From positions 1-64,000 of the forward strand of contig JBKHHD010000002.1 of assembly GCA_046539325.1 (NCBI GenBank): DNA of 64,000 nt. Reading direction: 5' to 3'. Below the pieces are notes generated by a model. It was not told the origin of the DNA, did not search any database, and saw only the letters and a program-made list of their open reading frames with translations. The stretch comes from Candidatus Aenigmatarchaeota archaeon (GTDB lineage Archaea > Aenigmatarchaeota > Aenigmatarchaeia > PWEA01). Positions 39,328 through 48,727 of the stretch are shown here, piece by piece. Both the position numbers and the translations under genes were made by a program. Within the stretch, counting starts at the first letter, position 1. Each line of letters opens with the position of its first letter.

Positions 39328-39943
39328 AATGTCTTACTCCTTTGACTTCGATCTTACAAAGATATCTCGTTCCTTCTTCCGCGAGCTCGCAAGCTTCACG
39401 GAGAAGAGCGAGGTTCACAGAAAAACAGGGAACGCCTCGAGGAAACTGGCGAAGAAAATGAAGGTCAACGAGTTGACCGGAATTCCTATGACCGATGCGA
39501 TAACTCTGGTCGAAGACATGATAGACGTCCACGCGAAGAATCTCGCCCATGAGGACGAGTTCCAGGAGACGGAAAACAGGGCTCTTTTCCTTCCGCACTG
39601 CTCCAGGAAACACATGGACGGAGAGTGTGAAGCGAGCTTCGACCCCGAACTGTCCTCCTACAGCTGCAGAAAGTGCAGCGAGGACTGTCCCGTTAAGAAG
39701 GCAACGGAGATAGGAGAAGAAAGGGGCTACGATGTGTTTGTTTTCCCAGGAGGTTCCTGTATACCAAAGGTACTGGCGAAGAGGGACTACGATGGTGTAG
39801 TCGGTGTTGCATGTTCTGAGGAGATAAAGCTCGGGATAAAAAAACTGGAGGAAGCAGGTGTCGAATACCAGGGAATACCTCTGCTGAAGAACGGGTGTGC
39901 AAACACGGAGTTCAACATAGAGACGCTCAAGAAAAAGCTTTAA
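39320..39943 (+). CDS. DUF116 family protein
   Basis: LFLPHC, C..C..C, PGGS, GVAC, G.PL...GC. Confidence 0.85.
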   Translation: MSEMSYSFDFDLTKISRSFFRELASFTEKSEVHRKTGNASRKLAKKMKVNELTGIPMTDAITLVEDMIDVHAKNLAHEDEFQETENRALFLPHCSRKHMDGECEASFDPELSSYSCRKCSEDCPVKKATEIGEERGYDVFVFPGGSCIPKVLAKRDYDGVVGVACSEEIKLGIKKLEEAGVEYQGIPLLKNGCANTEFNIETLKKKL

Positions 39944-39968
39944 AATACTTACGCGAAAGTGTTCTACG

Positions 39969-40298
39969 ATGAAAGTAAAGACGTTGGCTGTGCTCGTGCT
40001 GGTAGTTTCTGCAACCTTGATGGTATCGGGATGTGTAGACTTCCTCAGAAGGACAGCAGACAGGGTCACAGGAGGCGAGTGTATAGAGCTTGAGAAAAAG
40101 GCAGAGACCAGACCGGGCATGGACTGCAAGTGTTATCCGACTGACTTCATTCCAGAAGGTGTCAAGAACCAGACAGATATGGAGCAACTGGAAGGAAAGT
40201 GCTACTGTACGTGCTCTTTCGAGGAAACCGACGAGGAGGCCAATATATCGATAGTCGAGGGCCCTGATGGAAACACGATAATTTCTCAGCTCACATAG
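39969..40298 (+). CDS. Cys-rich lipoprotein
   Basis: VSGC lipobox; CKC, CYCTC. Confidence 0.7.
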   Translation: MKVKTLAVLVLVVSATLMVSGCVDFLRRTADRVTGGECIELEKKAETRPGMDCKCYPTDFIPEGVKNQTDMEQLEGKCYCTCSFEETDEEANISIVEGPDGNTIISQLT

Positions 40299-41469
40299 AC
40301 TTCTTCATAATTTCTCTCATAACCACGGTGGCGTATCTACCGGGCTTCAGAGAGAAGGATACTTCCACTGTTGCTTTACCTTCAACTTCCTTTACTTCAG
40401 TCACTTCAAAATCCGGTTTGATAAGGACAGCTCGTAATGTACCCTTTGAAGAAAGTTCTCCGAAGTCTTTGAATTCGAAGTCCTTGAGCTTTACATTGTC
40501 TTCCTGTAATGCTTGCTCGAGGTAGCTGTCGAAGCTTTGCGAGGAAAAGTTGGTTCCGTATCCCGGAACCTTACCAGGAAAGTTCCTCGCATCGTGTCTC
40601 AACAGCCGTGATACGGCTTTGTTGAAAACATAGGACTGGTAGGCATGGACGAAAAGTCTCCGTAGGTTTTTAGGGAAAACCTTGAAGACCTTGATCCAGT
40701 CCTTGTCCGTGGAAGGATTCAGACCGTTTAACTTTTTAATAAGATCCCTTTCGTAGGTAAGAGGTCTTGGAAAGTATTCCAGTGCTTCATCGTAGTTTTT
40801 ATTCTCTTCAAGCCTTGATCTCGCTTCTCTGAACTCCTGTTTCTCCGTGGAAAAAGTTTTGAAAAGGTAGGTTTCAACGGCTTCCCTGTAGTTTCTTCTG
40901 AGAAGCTCTTTTCCAACCAGGTGTGTGATAGGTCTCTTACCGCCGAATCTCTGTAGCCCATAGTAGTTGGGTACACCCTCCTTGATTTCTTCAGCGAGCT
41001 CTTGTAGCCTTTCCCTACACTCCTCCAAACCTACATCTATCCCTCTTAATGTTATGGTAAATCTGTTTTCCTTCAGGTCGCCGTTTTTGAGAGAACGGGA
41101 AACCTTCTTGACAGCTTCCACCTCTAGGCCTTCTTCGTCCAGCTTCACCTCCTCCCCATCCAAGCCCTCTAAGGTCACGAACTGGGTCGTACAAGCTCTC
41201 TTATCCTTCAAACCAGCGTATCCTATCCTCTTCTTTGAGAGACGTAGCTTTGACGAAATTCTGTCTATGGCCTCAAAGGTGGTCATATTCCGCTTCTTGA
41301 GCTTGCAAAGAAGGAAGTTTCCGCCCTCCTCAAGGTCTATGGGAACTTCTTCGACTACGAAATCCTCAGGTTTGGTCTTCAGCCTTCCTCCTATACCCGG
41401 AGAATCAGTTCCGTACTCCTCGATTCCGCAGAACTCTTCAAGATCGAAGTCATTGGACATAATCAACAT
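40291..41469 (-). CDS. truD: tRNA pseudouridine(13) synthase
   Basis: PEDFVVEE, AGLKDKRA.TTQ, NRF, PNYYG.QRFG, HAYQS..FN, GRYATVV. Confidence 0.95.
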   Translation of the reverse strand: MLIMSNDFDLEEFCGIEEYGTDSPGIGGRLKTKPEDFVVEEVPIDLEEGGNFLLCKLKKRNMTTFEAIDRISSKLRLSKKRIGYAGLKDKRACTTQFVTLEGLDGEEVKLDEEGLEVEAVKKVSRSLKNGDLKENRFTITLRGIDVGLEECRERLQELAEEIKEGVPNYYGLQRFGGKRPITHLVGKELLRRNYREAVETYLFKTFSTEKQEFREARSRLEENKNYDEALEYFPRPLTYERDLIKKLNGLNPSTDKDWIKVFKVFPKNLRRLFVHAYQSYVFNKAVSRLLRHDARNFPGKVPGYGTNFSSQSFDSYLEQALQEDNVKLKDFEFKDFGELSSKGTLRAVLIKPDFEVTEVKEVEGKATVEVSFSLKPGRYATVVMREIMKKSM

Positions 41470-41487
41470 CCATTGAAATATAATCTA

Positions 41488-41829
41488 TTACTTAATCAGA
41501 GGCAAGTGGCCTGTGACCTTGTCTATTTTTTCCTCCGATCCTGGACCCACGGCCAGAGCCGTCGTGGTTCCCTGAGGAATTTCTGTCCTTCCGGCGTCCT
41601 TCACGAGGTAAGCAGGTACGCCTATCCCCTCGGCATTCCTCTTGATTTGGAATAGCTCTTCCTCGTCTTCCACGCCAACTACCACCTTCTTCTCACCTGA
41701 TTTTTCCCATTTTCTAAGGTTCTTCTCACTGACCTTACGGTATGCTCCCAGAGAGGCGTGGGCCGCCTGCGCAGCCGCCTTCCCCTTGCTGAGGTTCAGA
41801 TCCTTTCTCACCACGATAACCTGTTTCAT
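41488..41829 (-). CDS. pth2: Peptidyl-tRNA hydrolase 2
   Basis: KQVIVVR.DL, GK.AAQ.AHA, DAGRTEI, D.VTG.L.L. Confidence 0.96.
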   Translation of the reverse strand: MKQVIVVRKDLNLSKGKAAAQAAHASLGAYRKVSEKNLRKWEKSGEKKVVVGVEDEEELFQIKRNAEGIGVPAYLVKDAGRTEIPQGTTTALAVGPGSEEKIDKVTGHLPLIK

Positions 41830-41865
41830 AGAAACAATTAAAAAGAAACGGACTTATATTGTTGT

Positions 41866-42450
41866 GTGAAAACCATGCTCCACGATCTGGAGGAGAAGTA
41901 CAGTATAAGAAGGAAGTTCACGGGACCGCTTCTCGTAGACGTAAATCCAAACTACCTGTCGATCCTTGCGCTCTTCTTCGCCTTCGCGTCGGGCTATATG
42001 TTCTACAGGAATCTCAACGTGCTCGCAGGTGTCTTCCTTCTCGCCAACGGTTATCTGGATATACTGGACGGAGAGGTCGCCAAGGAGTTCGGAAGGTCCT
42101 CAAAGTTCGGGGACTTCATAGACCACACCTTCGACAGAATAGCCGATCTCGCGATGCTACTGGGACTGGCACTGGGTCCTGTAGTTCCTCTCGAACTGGG
42201 GGGCCTCACGGCGGTAGTCGTACTCCTTGTCTCGTACATGGGCACGCAGCATCAGGCCATAAGCCAAGAGAGGCTCTACGGTGGTCTGTTCGGAAGAAGC
42301 GACAGGATAGCAGCACTTTTCGTCTTTTCCGTTGCCTCCTACTTTTTCCCTGAGGCACTGCTCTACGGAGTATACGTGGTCCTGATACTGTCGGCGGTAA
42401 CGTTTATCCAGAGGTTTCACAGATCCGCAAAGGAGATAAGACGCCTCTAA
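41866..42450 (+). CDS. CDP-alcohol phosphatidyltransferase (archaetidylinositol-phosphate-synthase-like)
   Basis: DILDG.VA......KFG..ID...DR.AD. Confidence 0.9.
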   Translation: MKTMLHDLEEKYSIRRKFTGPLLVDVNPNYLSILALFFAFASGYMFYRNLNVLAGVFLLANGYLDILDGEVAKEFGRSSKFGDFIDHTFDRIADLAMLLGLALGPVVPLELGGLTAVVVLLVSYMGTQHQAISQERLYGGLFGRSDRIAALFVFSVASYFFPEALLYGVYVVLILSAVTFIQRFHRSAKEIRRL

Positions 42451-42459
42451 GATAAAGGA

Positions 42460-43251
42460 CTAGACGGCCATGGCAACCGTAAACATGTTCCTTGCGGCTA
42501 GGGAGAGACCAAGTCCAAGGACAACTATCTTCAGCCAGTTCAGAAGCTCCACGTCCTCTACGACGTCGTCAAGAAGGTAAAGAACCGGCCATACGACAGC
42601 TATCTTCAAAGGGATCATTACCCAGGCACCTGTTGCGTCTATAAGGATATCAGGGAGAACATGTTTCTCCGTGTAGCCGAAGACGGTTATAGCTATGAAG
42701 GTCGAGGTACCGTCCATAAGGTGCCCGGAAAGTATGTGGTGGTTGATTCTGGTGAGGTATTCAGGGCAGAGCTTCGTGACCACGTAAAGGACGGCGGAAA
42801 GTGCACCGGCTATTCCGAGGACGTATACGAAGACCATGTAGTTCGGAAAGCCTATATTCGCGGCCGAGAAAAGACAAGCGAGGAAGGGAATTCCCCCAAA
42901 GATCCACATCCACTTAACGTAGGAAATACTGTATCTGTCCTCGAGGTACTGTGAAAGGAGGACTGTGGGTACCGTATACGCAGCTATGAGAAGGTGTATC
43001 CCAGGAGTGTTGAACCAGAAACCTGTAAATATCTCCGCATCACCCTGTCCCAGAGACCTCAAAATACCTCCGAGGAGAAGGTAAGGGACCATGGCCAGCA
43101 CAAAGCTCTTGTCTATATCCGTTCTTATTTTCTTGAGGAAGAAGCGGTGTATCAGATATATAGCAACTACGAGCAGAAGGGCGTATGCCACCGTCTCAAC
43201 CGTGGTGTATCCCGAACCTGCAAAGTATGACGCGTAGATCTCCTCCAGCAT
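42460..43251 (-). CDS. DUF63 family membrane protein
   Basis: GY..V.T..Y, TPG, H..DG.STF, Y.EKHV. Confidence 0.85.
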   Translation of the reverse strand: MLEEIYASYFAGSGYTTVETVAYALLLVVAIYLIHRFFLKKIRTDIDKSFVLAMVPYLLLGGILRSLGQGDAEIFTGFWFNTPGIHLLIAAYTVPTVLLSQYLEDRYSISYVKWMWIFGGIPFLACLFSAANIGFPNYMVFVYVLGIAGALSAVLYVVTKLCPEYLTRINHHILSGHLMDGTSTFIAITVFGYTEKHVLPDILIDATGAWVMIPLKIAVVWPVLYLLDDVVEDVELLNWLKIVVLGLGLSLAARNMFTVAMAV

Positions 43252-43787
43252 TACCAGGGGACCTCCTTTATACCCAGATAGTATGCGAGAAGGTTAAAAA
43301 AGTAGTGCACTGCTGGAGTTATGAAAACTATTAAAGCAGCGGACATGTAGGTCATGTCCGAGAGGACGAGTGCAACGGGCAAAGAGAATACCAGGAAGTC
43401 CAGCTGATCCACAAGAGGAATACTTGTTCCCCTCTCAGTTCCTGCTCTTCTCTTAAAGAAGGACGCGACCATATCGCCGAGCATAGCAGAAAGCGAGAGT
43501 ACGAAGGCGAGGGTTGCCGTCATGTATGGCGTCGAAAAGCCAAAGCCCGTGGTAATCTGGTTGAACTGTGGCCACAGAAGGATCTGGACGAGGCCTATGA
43601 AGACACCGGAAGCTATGGCAAATAAGAACCCTTCCCAAGTCTTTCCGCCACCAAGAAGGTCATTTCCACGGAACTCCTTGCCGAAGTCCATTCTATGTCC
43701 TCCACCGAAAACAGGCGCTCCGCCGTTGGCTATGTAGGCAGGAAGTATAATCCATAGCCCCTGGATCAATGCATGTAGCCAGCTCAT
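43251..43787 (-). CDS. carS: CDP-archaeol synthase
   Basis: LPAYIAN..P, D.G, G.GKTW.G, GD...SF.KRR, DQLDF, KEVPW. Confidence 0.93.
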   Translation of the reverse strand: MSWLHALIQGLWIILPAYIANGGAPVFGGGHRMDFGKEFRGNDLLGGGKTWEGFLFAIASGVFIGLVQILLWPQFNQITTGFGFSTPYMTATLAFVLSLSAMLGDMVASFFKRRAGTERGTSIPLVDQLDFLVFSLPVALVLSDMTYMSAALIVFITPAVHYFFNLLAYYLGIKEVPW

Positions 43788-43846
43788 AGTCCCTATACTT
43801 ATAACCAGATGGTTTATAAAAATGCTGACTCTATGCTCAATTTTTT

Positions 43847-44386
43847 ATGTTCAGAAGACAAAGAAAGTTCTGGGGTGATTTTATCTCAGAAACAGACAAG
43901 AATCTCGACAACGCGTTTGGAGGCGAGTCCCGGGCAAGGAGCAAATACCTGCTGTACGCTGAAAGGGCCGAGGAGGAAGGTTTAGAACAGATAGCCAAGC
44001 TCTTCAGAGCAGTAGCCAAGGCAGAGGCAATACACATAGGCAATCACGCAGAGGCTATGGACAAGGTCAAAGAGACAGTGAACAATCTCCAGGACGCGAT
44101 AGAGGGAGAGAAGTATGAAAACAGCGAGATGTATCCAAAGTTCTTAGAGAAAGCCAGAGAAGAAGGCGAAAAGAACGCTGCAAGAAGCTTCCGCTGGGCA
44201 AAGGAAGTAGAGGAAGTCCATGAAGAGCTTTACAAGAAGGCCAAGAAGAAAGCAGAAGAAGGCAAGGATATGGAAGAGAAGAAAATCTTCATCTGTGGAG
44301 GCTGTGGCTACACGACCATGGATGAAGCTCCTGATGTGTGTCCGGTCTGCGGCGCTCCTAAGAAGATGTTTGAAGAAGTGGAGTAG
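43847..44386 (+). CDS. rbr: Rubrerythrin
   Basis: AF.GES.A, E..H, GE.YE...MY, E..H, C..CG...CPVCG; start ambiguous. Confidence 0.93.
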   Translation: MFRRQRKFWGDFISETDKNLDNAFGGESRARSKYLLYAERAEEEGLEQIAKLFRAVAKAEAIHIGNHAEAMDKVKETVNNLQDAIEGEKYENSEMYPKFLEKAREEGEKNAARSFRWAKEVEEVHEELYKKAKKKAEEGKDMEEKKIFICGGCGYTTMDEAPDVCPVCGAPKKMFEEVE

Positions 44387-44434
44387 GCTTCAAAATTTTA
44401 AAAAGGACTGAAAGGTCCAGAAGGGGGTGAAAAT

Positions 44435-44794
44435 ATGGAATGTGAGGAGGACTTATTTTGTGGTGTGAACTATGCTGATAAAGAGCCAGATGAAATGGAC
44501 GCTCTTGAGAAAAAGCATACGCCCGTTGTTGAAGTCGAGGAACTAGACGGCAATAGATATAGAGTTACTGTTAAGGTCGGCGAATACAAAGACCATCCAA
44601 ACGAGCACAACCATTTTATAGAGTCTATAGAGCTTTACTCCGGAAGAACATTTCTAGGGAGAGCTACATTTGCCTCGGCAAGGTCCAATCCGGAAGCGAC
44701 CTTTGAGGTAAAGTTAGACCATAAACATCCGTTTGTGGCCTTTGCACGGTGCAATATGCACGGCACGTGGCGCTCCAGGGGGAAGGAGATCTGA
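44435..44794 (+). CDS. Superoxide reductase (neelaredoxin-type)
   Basis: KKHTP, HP...HFI, CNMHG. Confidence 0.88.
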   Translation: MECEEDLFCGVNYADKEPDEMDALEKKHTPVVEVEELDGNRYRVTVKVGEYKDHPNEHNHFIESIELYSGRTFLGRATFASARSNPEATFEVKLDHKHPFVAFARCNMHGTWRSRGKEI

Positions 44795-44795
44795 T

Positions 44796-45173
44796 ATGGA
44801 AGAAAAGATTTACTCTATACAGAAGCACGACGCTTCGCAGCTTCACTACGACCTGCGGCTGGAGAAGGACGGCGTGCTGAAGAGCTGGGCCGTTCCGAAG
44901 GAGCCGCCCGAAGAAGAAGGGACTAAGAGACTAGCGATACAGGTGGAGGACCACGAGCTTGACTACGCCTTCTTTGAAGGTCAAATAGAGGAAGGAAACT
45001 ACGGCGCAGGGGAGGTGGAGGTCTGGGATAGGGGTAGCTACGAAGAAGTGAGCTGGAAGGAAAACAAGATAGTTTTTGAGATAAAGGGTGAAAAGCTGAG
45101 TGGGGAGTACGTCCTGGTGCGCTTTAAACCGGAGGAAGAGCCGGACAAGTGGCTGTTCTTCAAAAAAGGCTGA
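44796..45173 (+). CDS. Stand-alone LigD 3'-phosphoesterase domain
   Basis: [41 protein letters not shown]. Confidence 0.92.
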   Translation: MEEKIYSIQKHDASQLHYDLRLEKDGVLKSWAVPKEPPEEEGTKRLAIQVEDHELDYAFFEGQIEEGNYGAGEVEVWDRGSYEEVSWKENKIVFEIKGEKLSGEYVLVRFKPEEEPDKWLFFKKG

Positions 45174-45215
45174 GTTTGTTTATTTAAGTCTTTATGACTA
45201 ATTTCATCCTGGATT

Positions 45216-45524
45216 ATGTCAGATTCTGAAAAAGAGGAAATCGATTGTGGTGTAAGCCCTGGGTTTATAAAACATCTCTATGACTCACTTCTAGACCATG
45301 AGAAAAACAGAGGACCCCATAAGGTAGAAGAAGGACATGGAAACTCTCTGGACAAGGTTATTATGGGCGAGAGGTTCGTTACCGACAGTTTTTTTGAGTA
45401 CAGAAACAAGAGGCTAGTCATAGAAAAGGAAGGTGGCTCTGACTATGAACTTCCAGGAAACTATGTAATTGACGCTGAAAACAGTGAAACGGACAATATC
45501 TGGCTTCAGGAAGAAGGCCTTTGA
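45216..45524 (+). CDS. Small acidic ORFan
   Basis: 102-aa ORF with upstream AT-rich box. Confidence 0.55.
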   Translation: MSDSEKEEIDCGVSPGFIKHLYDSLLDHEKNRGPHKVEEGHGNSLDKVIMGERFVTDSFFEYRNKRLVIEKEGGSDYELPGNYVIDAENSETDNIWLQEEGL

Positions 45525-45572
45525 TCTGGATACGAGGAAAAGATTTATTTCTGCAGTATAATTCTTGAAACA

Positions 45573-45650
45573 GGGCCTGTGGTCTAGTCTGGACAGGACG
45601 GTTGGTTGCGGACCAACAGATCCTGGGTTCAAATCCCAGCAGGCCCGCCA
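45573..45650 (+). tRNA. tRNA-Arg(GCG), CCA encoded
   Basis: GGGCCTG/CAGGCCC acceptor; GTTGG TT GCG GA CCAAC; TTCAAAT. Confidence 0.95.
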
Positions 45651-46160
45651 TCAGCATATATTTCTTCCGTACTCCTCTAAGAGGCTTCTATTTACCTGTA
45701 TAGGCGCGTCGGCGCGGAGTGCCACCGCGACTGCGTCACTAGGTCTCGAGTCAAGCCTGTAGACAGTTTCTTCCCTCTCCAGGTAAAGGTCAGCTATGTA
45801 AGCGCCGTCCTGTAGGTCGTGGACCCTCGCCATAACAACCTCCACGTCGTATCCACGGAGAGCATCTACCATAAGGTCATGGCTTCCTGGTCTTTCCCAC
45901 AGCTCGTTGTTCAAACCGTACTGTATAGACCTCGCCTGATCAACGCCTATAGTCATAGTCAGAGCATCGCAGTTGTGCCTGAGTTCGAGGTTCTGATTTT
46001 GGAGAAATACATTAGCTTCAACAAACCCTTCGTTCTCCACTGGAATTTCCGGTACTTCGCTGTCAGAAGGGGAAATAAGGAGGAGAGCAAACGCTACAAT
46101 AGCAGCGATTGCAAGCATTGAAGGCTTGTTCTCGGTTATTTTTTCGTTATCGTCACTCAT
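45651..46160 (-). CDS. Bifunctional nuclease / DUF151 domain with N-terminal TM
   Basis: IG...A..I, RP.SHDL, DSRPSDAVA.ALR..API. Confidence 0.88.
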   Translation of the reverse strand: MSDDNEKITENKPSMLAIAAIVAFALLLISPSDSEVPEIPVENEGFVEANVFLQNQNLELRHNCDALTMTIGVDQARSIQYGLNNELWERPGSHDLMVDALRGYDVEVVMARVHDLQDGAYIADLYLEREETVYRLDSRPSDAVAVALRADAPIQVNRSLLEEYGRNIC

Positions 46161-46653
46161 CTTGTTCCACGGGAACTATTATTCCTTTGAGGTCTTCGTG
46201 CTCGTCGCGTAAATACTTTTTGCCAGTGAGAGCACAGACGAGAGCATCGAACTCGTCCTCCGTGAGGTTCTCCGTCCTCCTGACCTGAAGATTGTCCTCC
46301 GAAGCTCTTGGAAATACCTCTATTATCTCGAAGCCGTCCACCGTCTTCAGTTTTTCTACGAGGGACTTGGCACGTCTTACGAGAACCTTCATTCCGGGAA
46401 AGTTAGGTGAAAGTACGTCGTAGCCCTTCTCCTTTAACTCTTCGTCACAGTCTCTGTACATGCCGTCCTCAGGGAAGCCAAGGGGCGCATCCAGAGCTAT
46501 AAGGTCCGGGTTAACACCCTTCACTACTTCAAGGATCTCCACATCCGTCTTAAGAACCTCCGTTCTCACAGAACAACCGTCCAGAAGACAGAACCCTGTG
46601 TCGTTTTCCTCTTTACCTGCAAGGTCCAGTCCCACGACCTTCATAGTTGTCAT
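46153..46653 (-). CDS. DUF429 family predicted nuclease (RNase H-like)
   Basis: GLDLAG, DAPL, R.CD, IEVFP, D..DA..CA. Confidence 0.82.
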   Translation of the reverse strand: MTTMKVVGLDLAGKEENDTGFCLLDGCSVRTEVLKTDVEILEVVKGVNPDLIALDAPLGFPEDGMYRDCDEELKEKGYDVLSPNFPGMKVLVRRAKSLVEKLKTVDGFEIIEVFPRASEDNLQVRRTENLTEDEFDALVCALTGKKYLRDEHEDLKGIIVPVEQDE

Positions 46654-46664
46654 TTCTCCTTGAG

Positions 46665-47156
46665 CTAAATAAAGTATAGGTTTGCGAGGATTATTACTGT
46701 GACTGTGCAGAATATGATAGGTAGGAAAGGATACCTGTCTCCTTTACTGAGTATAGATCTGAGAACAAGAGAGAAGATCTTCAGAAGAAGGTAGAAAGCT
46801 AGAAGAGGTGTAAAGCTTAAGAGGGTTGAGACCGCTACAACAGCAGAGACGTCCATCTTAGCAAGTCTGAATACGAAGCCTGTCCTTCGCCAGGATAAAA
46901 GAACAAATGCACCTATCAGAATCCACTTACCTAAGAATAGCGGTGGGAAGGATCCTTCGACAAACTGAGGGTAAAAGTCCACTATGGCCATCACGCCTGA
47001 GAATATCAACCAGAAATGGAAGAACTCTTTCTGTGCCGCCGTCTTCTTGAGGTCACTTATCGAAGATACAGCGAGGGAGCCAAGAAGAAAGAGCATAGCA
47101 TATATTTGATAGGTGGTCAGTTCCAGCTGCAGTCCTTCCGCAAGCTCCGCTAACAT
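46665..47156 (-). CDS. Membrane protein resembling a prepilin peptidase (A24) core
   Basis: SS.SDLK first-Asp context, AKMDV second Asp, PFLP.I motif. Confidence 0.5.
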   Translation of the reverse strand: MLAELAEGLQLELTTYQIYAMLFLLGSLAVSSISDLKKTAAQKEFFHFWLIFSGVMAIVDFYPQFVEGSFPPLFLGKWILIGAFVLLSWRRTGFVFRLAKMDVSAVVAVSTLLSFTPLLAFYLLLKIFSLVLRSILSKGDRYPFLPIIFCTVTVIILANLYFI

Positions 47157-47231
47157 GTTTAGGTTTTGTGGCGGTCTGTATTTAAAATTTTCAGATAAAG
47201 AATTAAAAGATAGATACCCAATGATGATGCA

Positions 47232-48635
47232 ATGAAGAAGCTTCTTGGTCTGATCCTGGGGATAGCAGCGTTCATCGGGTTCTCGGAGACATCTTACGCG
47301 TATATCTCGGGATCAAATACTCGAGCTCATGTACTTATGAGTACCGGAGAAATAGTACTTTCTTCTATACTGTTATTTCTGGTAAACCTTTTGATAACGA
47401 TTATAGTTATCTCAGTTCTCGTAAAGATGTTTTGCAAATGGAACACCAAGAAAATTATAGTACTTTCTCTGACAACAGCTACTGGTTTCTTATTTTTTGA
47501 CCTTCTAACGTTTTTCTCATTGACGCGTTCCGGAATGGAAGGACATTCTATATCAATATTCTACCAGGTCTTCAGAACACTAATAGTTGTTGCAGTGGTT
47601 TACGGGTTAGAGAAGTTATATCTGAAGTTTACAGAAGACGGAGGAATAAAAAAGGCCTTGGTATTTGCAGTTTCAGCTGCATTTATCATTAACTCCGTAG
47701 CCTTCACTGGCCTATATTACTACGGGGGCATGGATACACTTCTTCCTGGTATACCTGAACCAAAAAATGGCAGGCGAGACAAATCAACAGCTACAACTGA
47801 AGATGTTCTTGTCATTGAAAACGAGGAAATCAGTCCTTCGCCGGTTAAAGCTAACGATGTCTTTGATTTTTCCTTCCATTTAACCAATATCAACAAAAGA
47901 GAAAAGGCAGAGAACGTTGAGGTCAGGTTATACGAGACAGATATGTGCGACCTGCATGACGACAGTGCTGAAGGATTAAGTGATGTTGTCATCTTTGAAG
48001 AGGCCACAAGAATGATAAAATGGAACTTGAAAGCGCCTAATGAAGATGAACTCGGTCTGATGGAGGATACTTGTTCGCTTGAATACTACGTTAAGTATGA
48101 TTTCGGGACCCAGGGCCATGCAGATCTCTACGCCATGGATGAAAATGTTTCCGAGGACGATGAAATCGCTCAGGTTTCTCCTTCAACAGAAAAAGGTAAG
48201 GGTCCATTGAAAATAGAGATTGAATTCGGTGGTCCACAACCTTTCAGAAAAGGAAGTACCATACCTTTCAAAGTAAGACTTAGAAACGTAGGCGAGGGTG
48301 TTGTAGAATACATAACACCAGAAGACTTGATTATTAACATAAGCTATGACGATGATGAAAACCAGATAAATGAAAACTATCTGTATCAAGAGGACGAATG
48401 GGAAACGGGCTGCAGGCTTCCAGTTGGCGAGGTAGATGAAAACATACCGTTTATCGATGACACAAGTCCTCCTATAGCCTGCAGATTATACTTTCATGAA
48501 GGAAACGAAGACAAGGACTACGGAACCTACTTCGAAGAGCCTCTGAGTGAATTCAACATAGAAGTAAGTGTAGAGAACTATACCTATAAGCTTACCAGTA
48601 AAAAATCTGTAGAAATTGAAACTTCTTCTAATTAG
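47232..48635 (+). CDS. Multi-TM protein with large acidic extracellular beta domain
   Basis: About 5 hydrophobic segments then beta-rich domain (LTNI, LRNVG.G); AT-rich. Confidence 0.7.
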   Translation: MKKLLGLILGIAAFIGFSETSYAYISGSNTRAHVLMSTGEIVLSSILLFLVNLLITIIVISVLVKMFCKWNTKKIIVLSLTTATGFLFFDLLTFFSLTRSGMEGHSISIFYQVFRTLIVVAVVYGLEKLYLKFTEDGGIKKALVFAVSAAFIINSVAFTGLYYYGGMDTLLPGIPEPKNGRRDKSTATTEDVLVIENEEISPSPVKANDVFDFSFHLTNINKREKAENVEVRLYETDMCDLHDDSAEGLSDVVIFEEATRMIKWNLKAPNEDELGLMEDTCSLEYYVKYDFGTQGHADLYAMDENVSEDDEIAQVSPSTEKGKGPLKIEIEFGGPQPFRKGSTIPFKVRLRNVGEGVVEYITPEDLIINISYDDDENQINENYLYQEDEWETGCRLPVGEVDENIPFIDDTSPPIACRLYFHEGNEDKDYGTYFEEPLSEFNIEVSVENYTYKLTSKKSVEIETSSN

Positions 48636-48727
48636 CAATTAACCCTATCAGGACTTGTTCTGGTTTCTATTTAAAATTTGAGACAGGACAGCATATTTTT
48701 AAGTTTGACTGGGTAAAAGGTTAGAAT

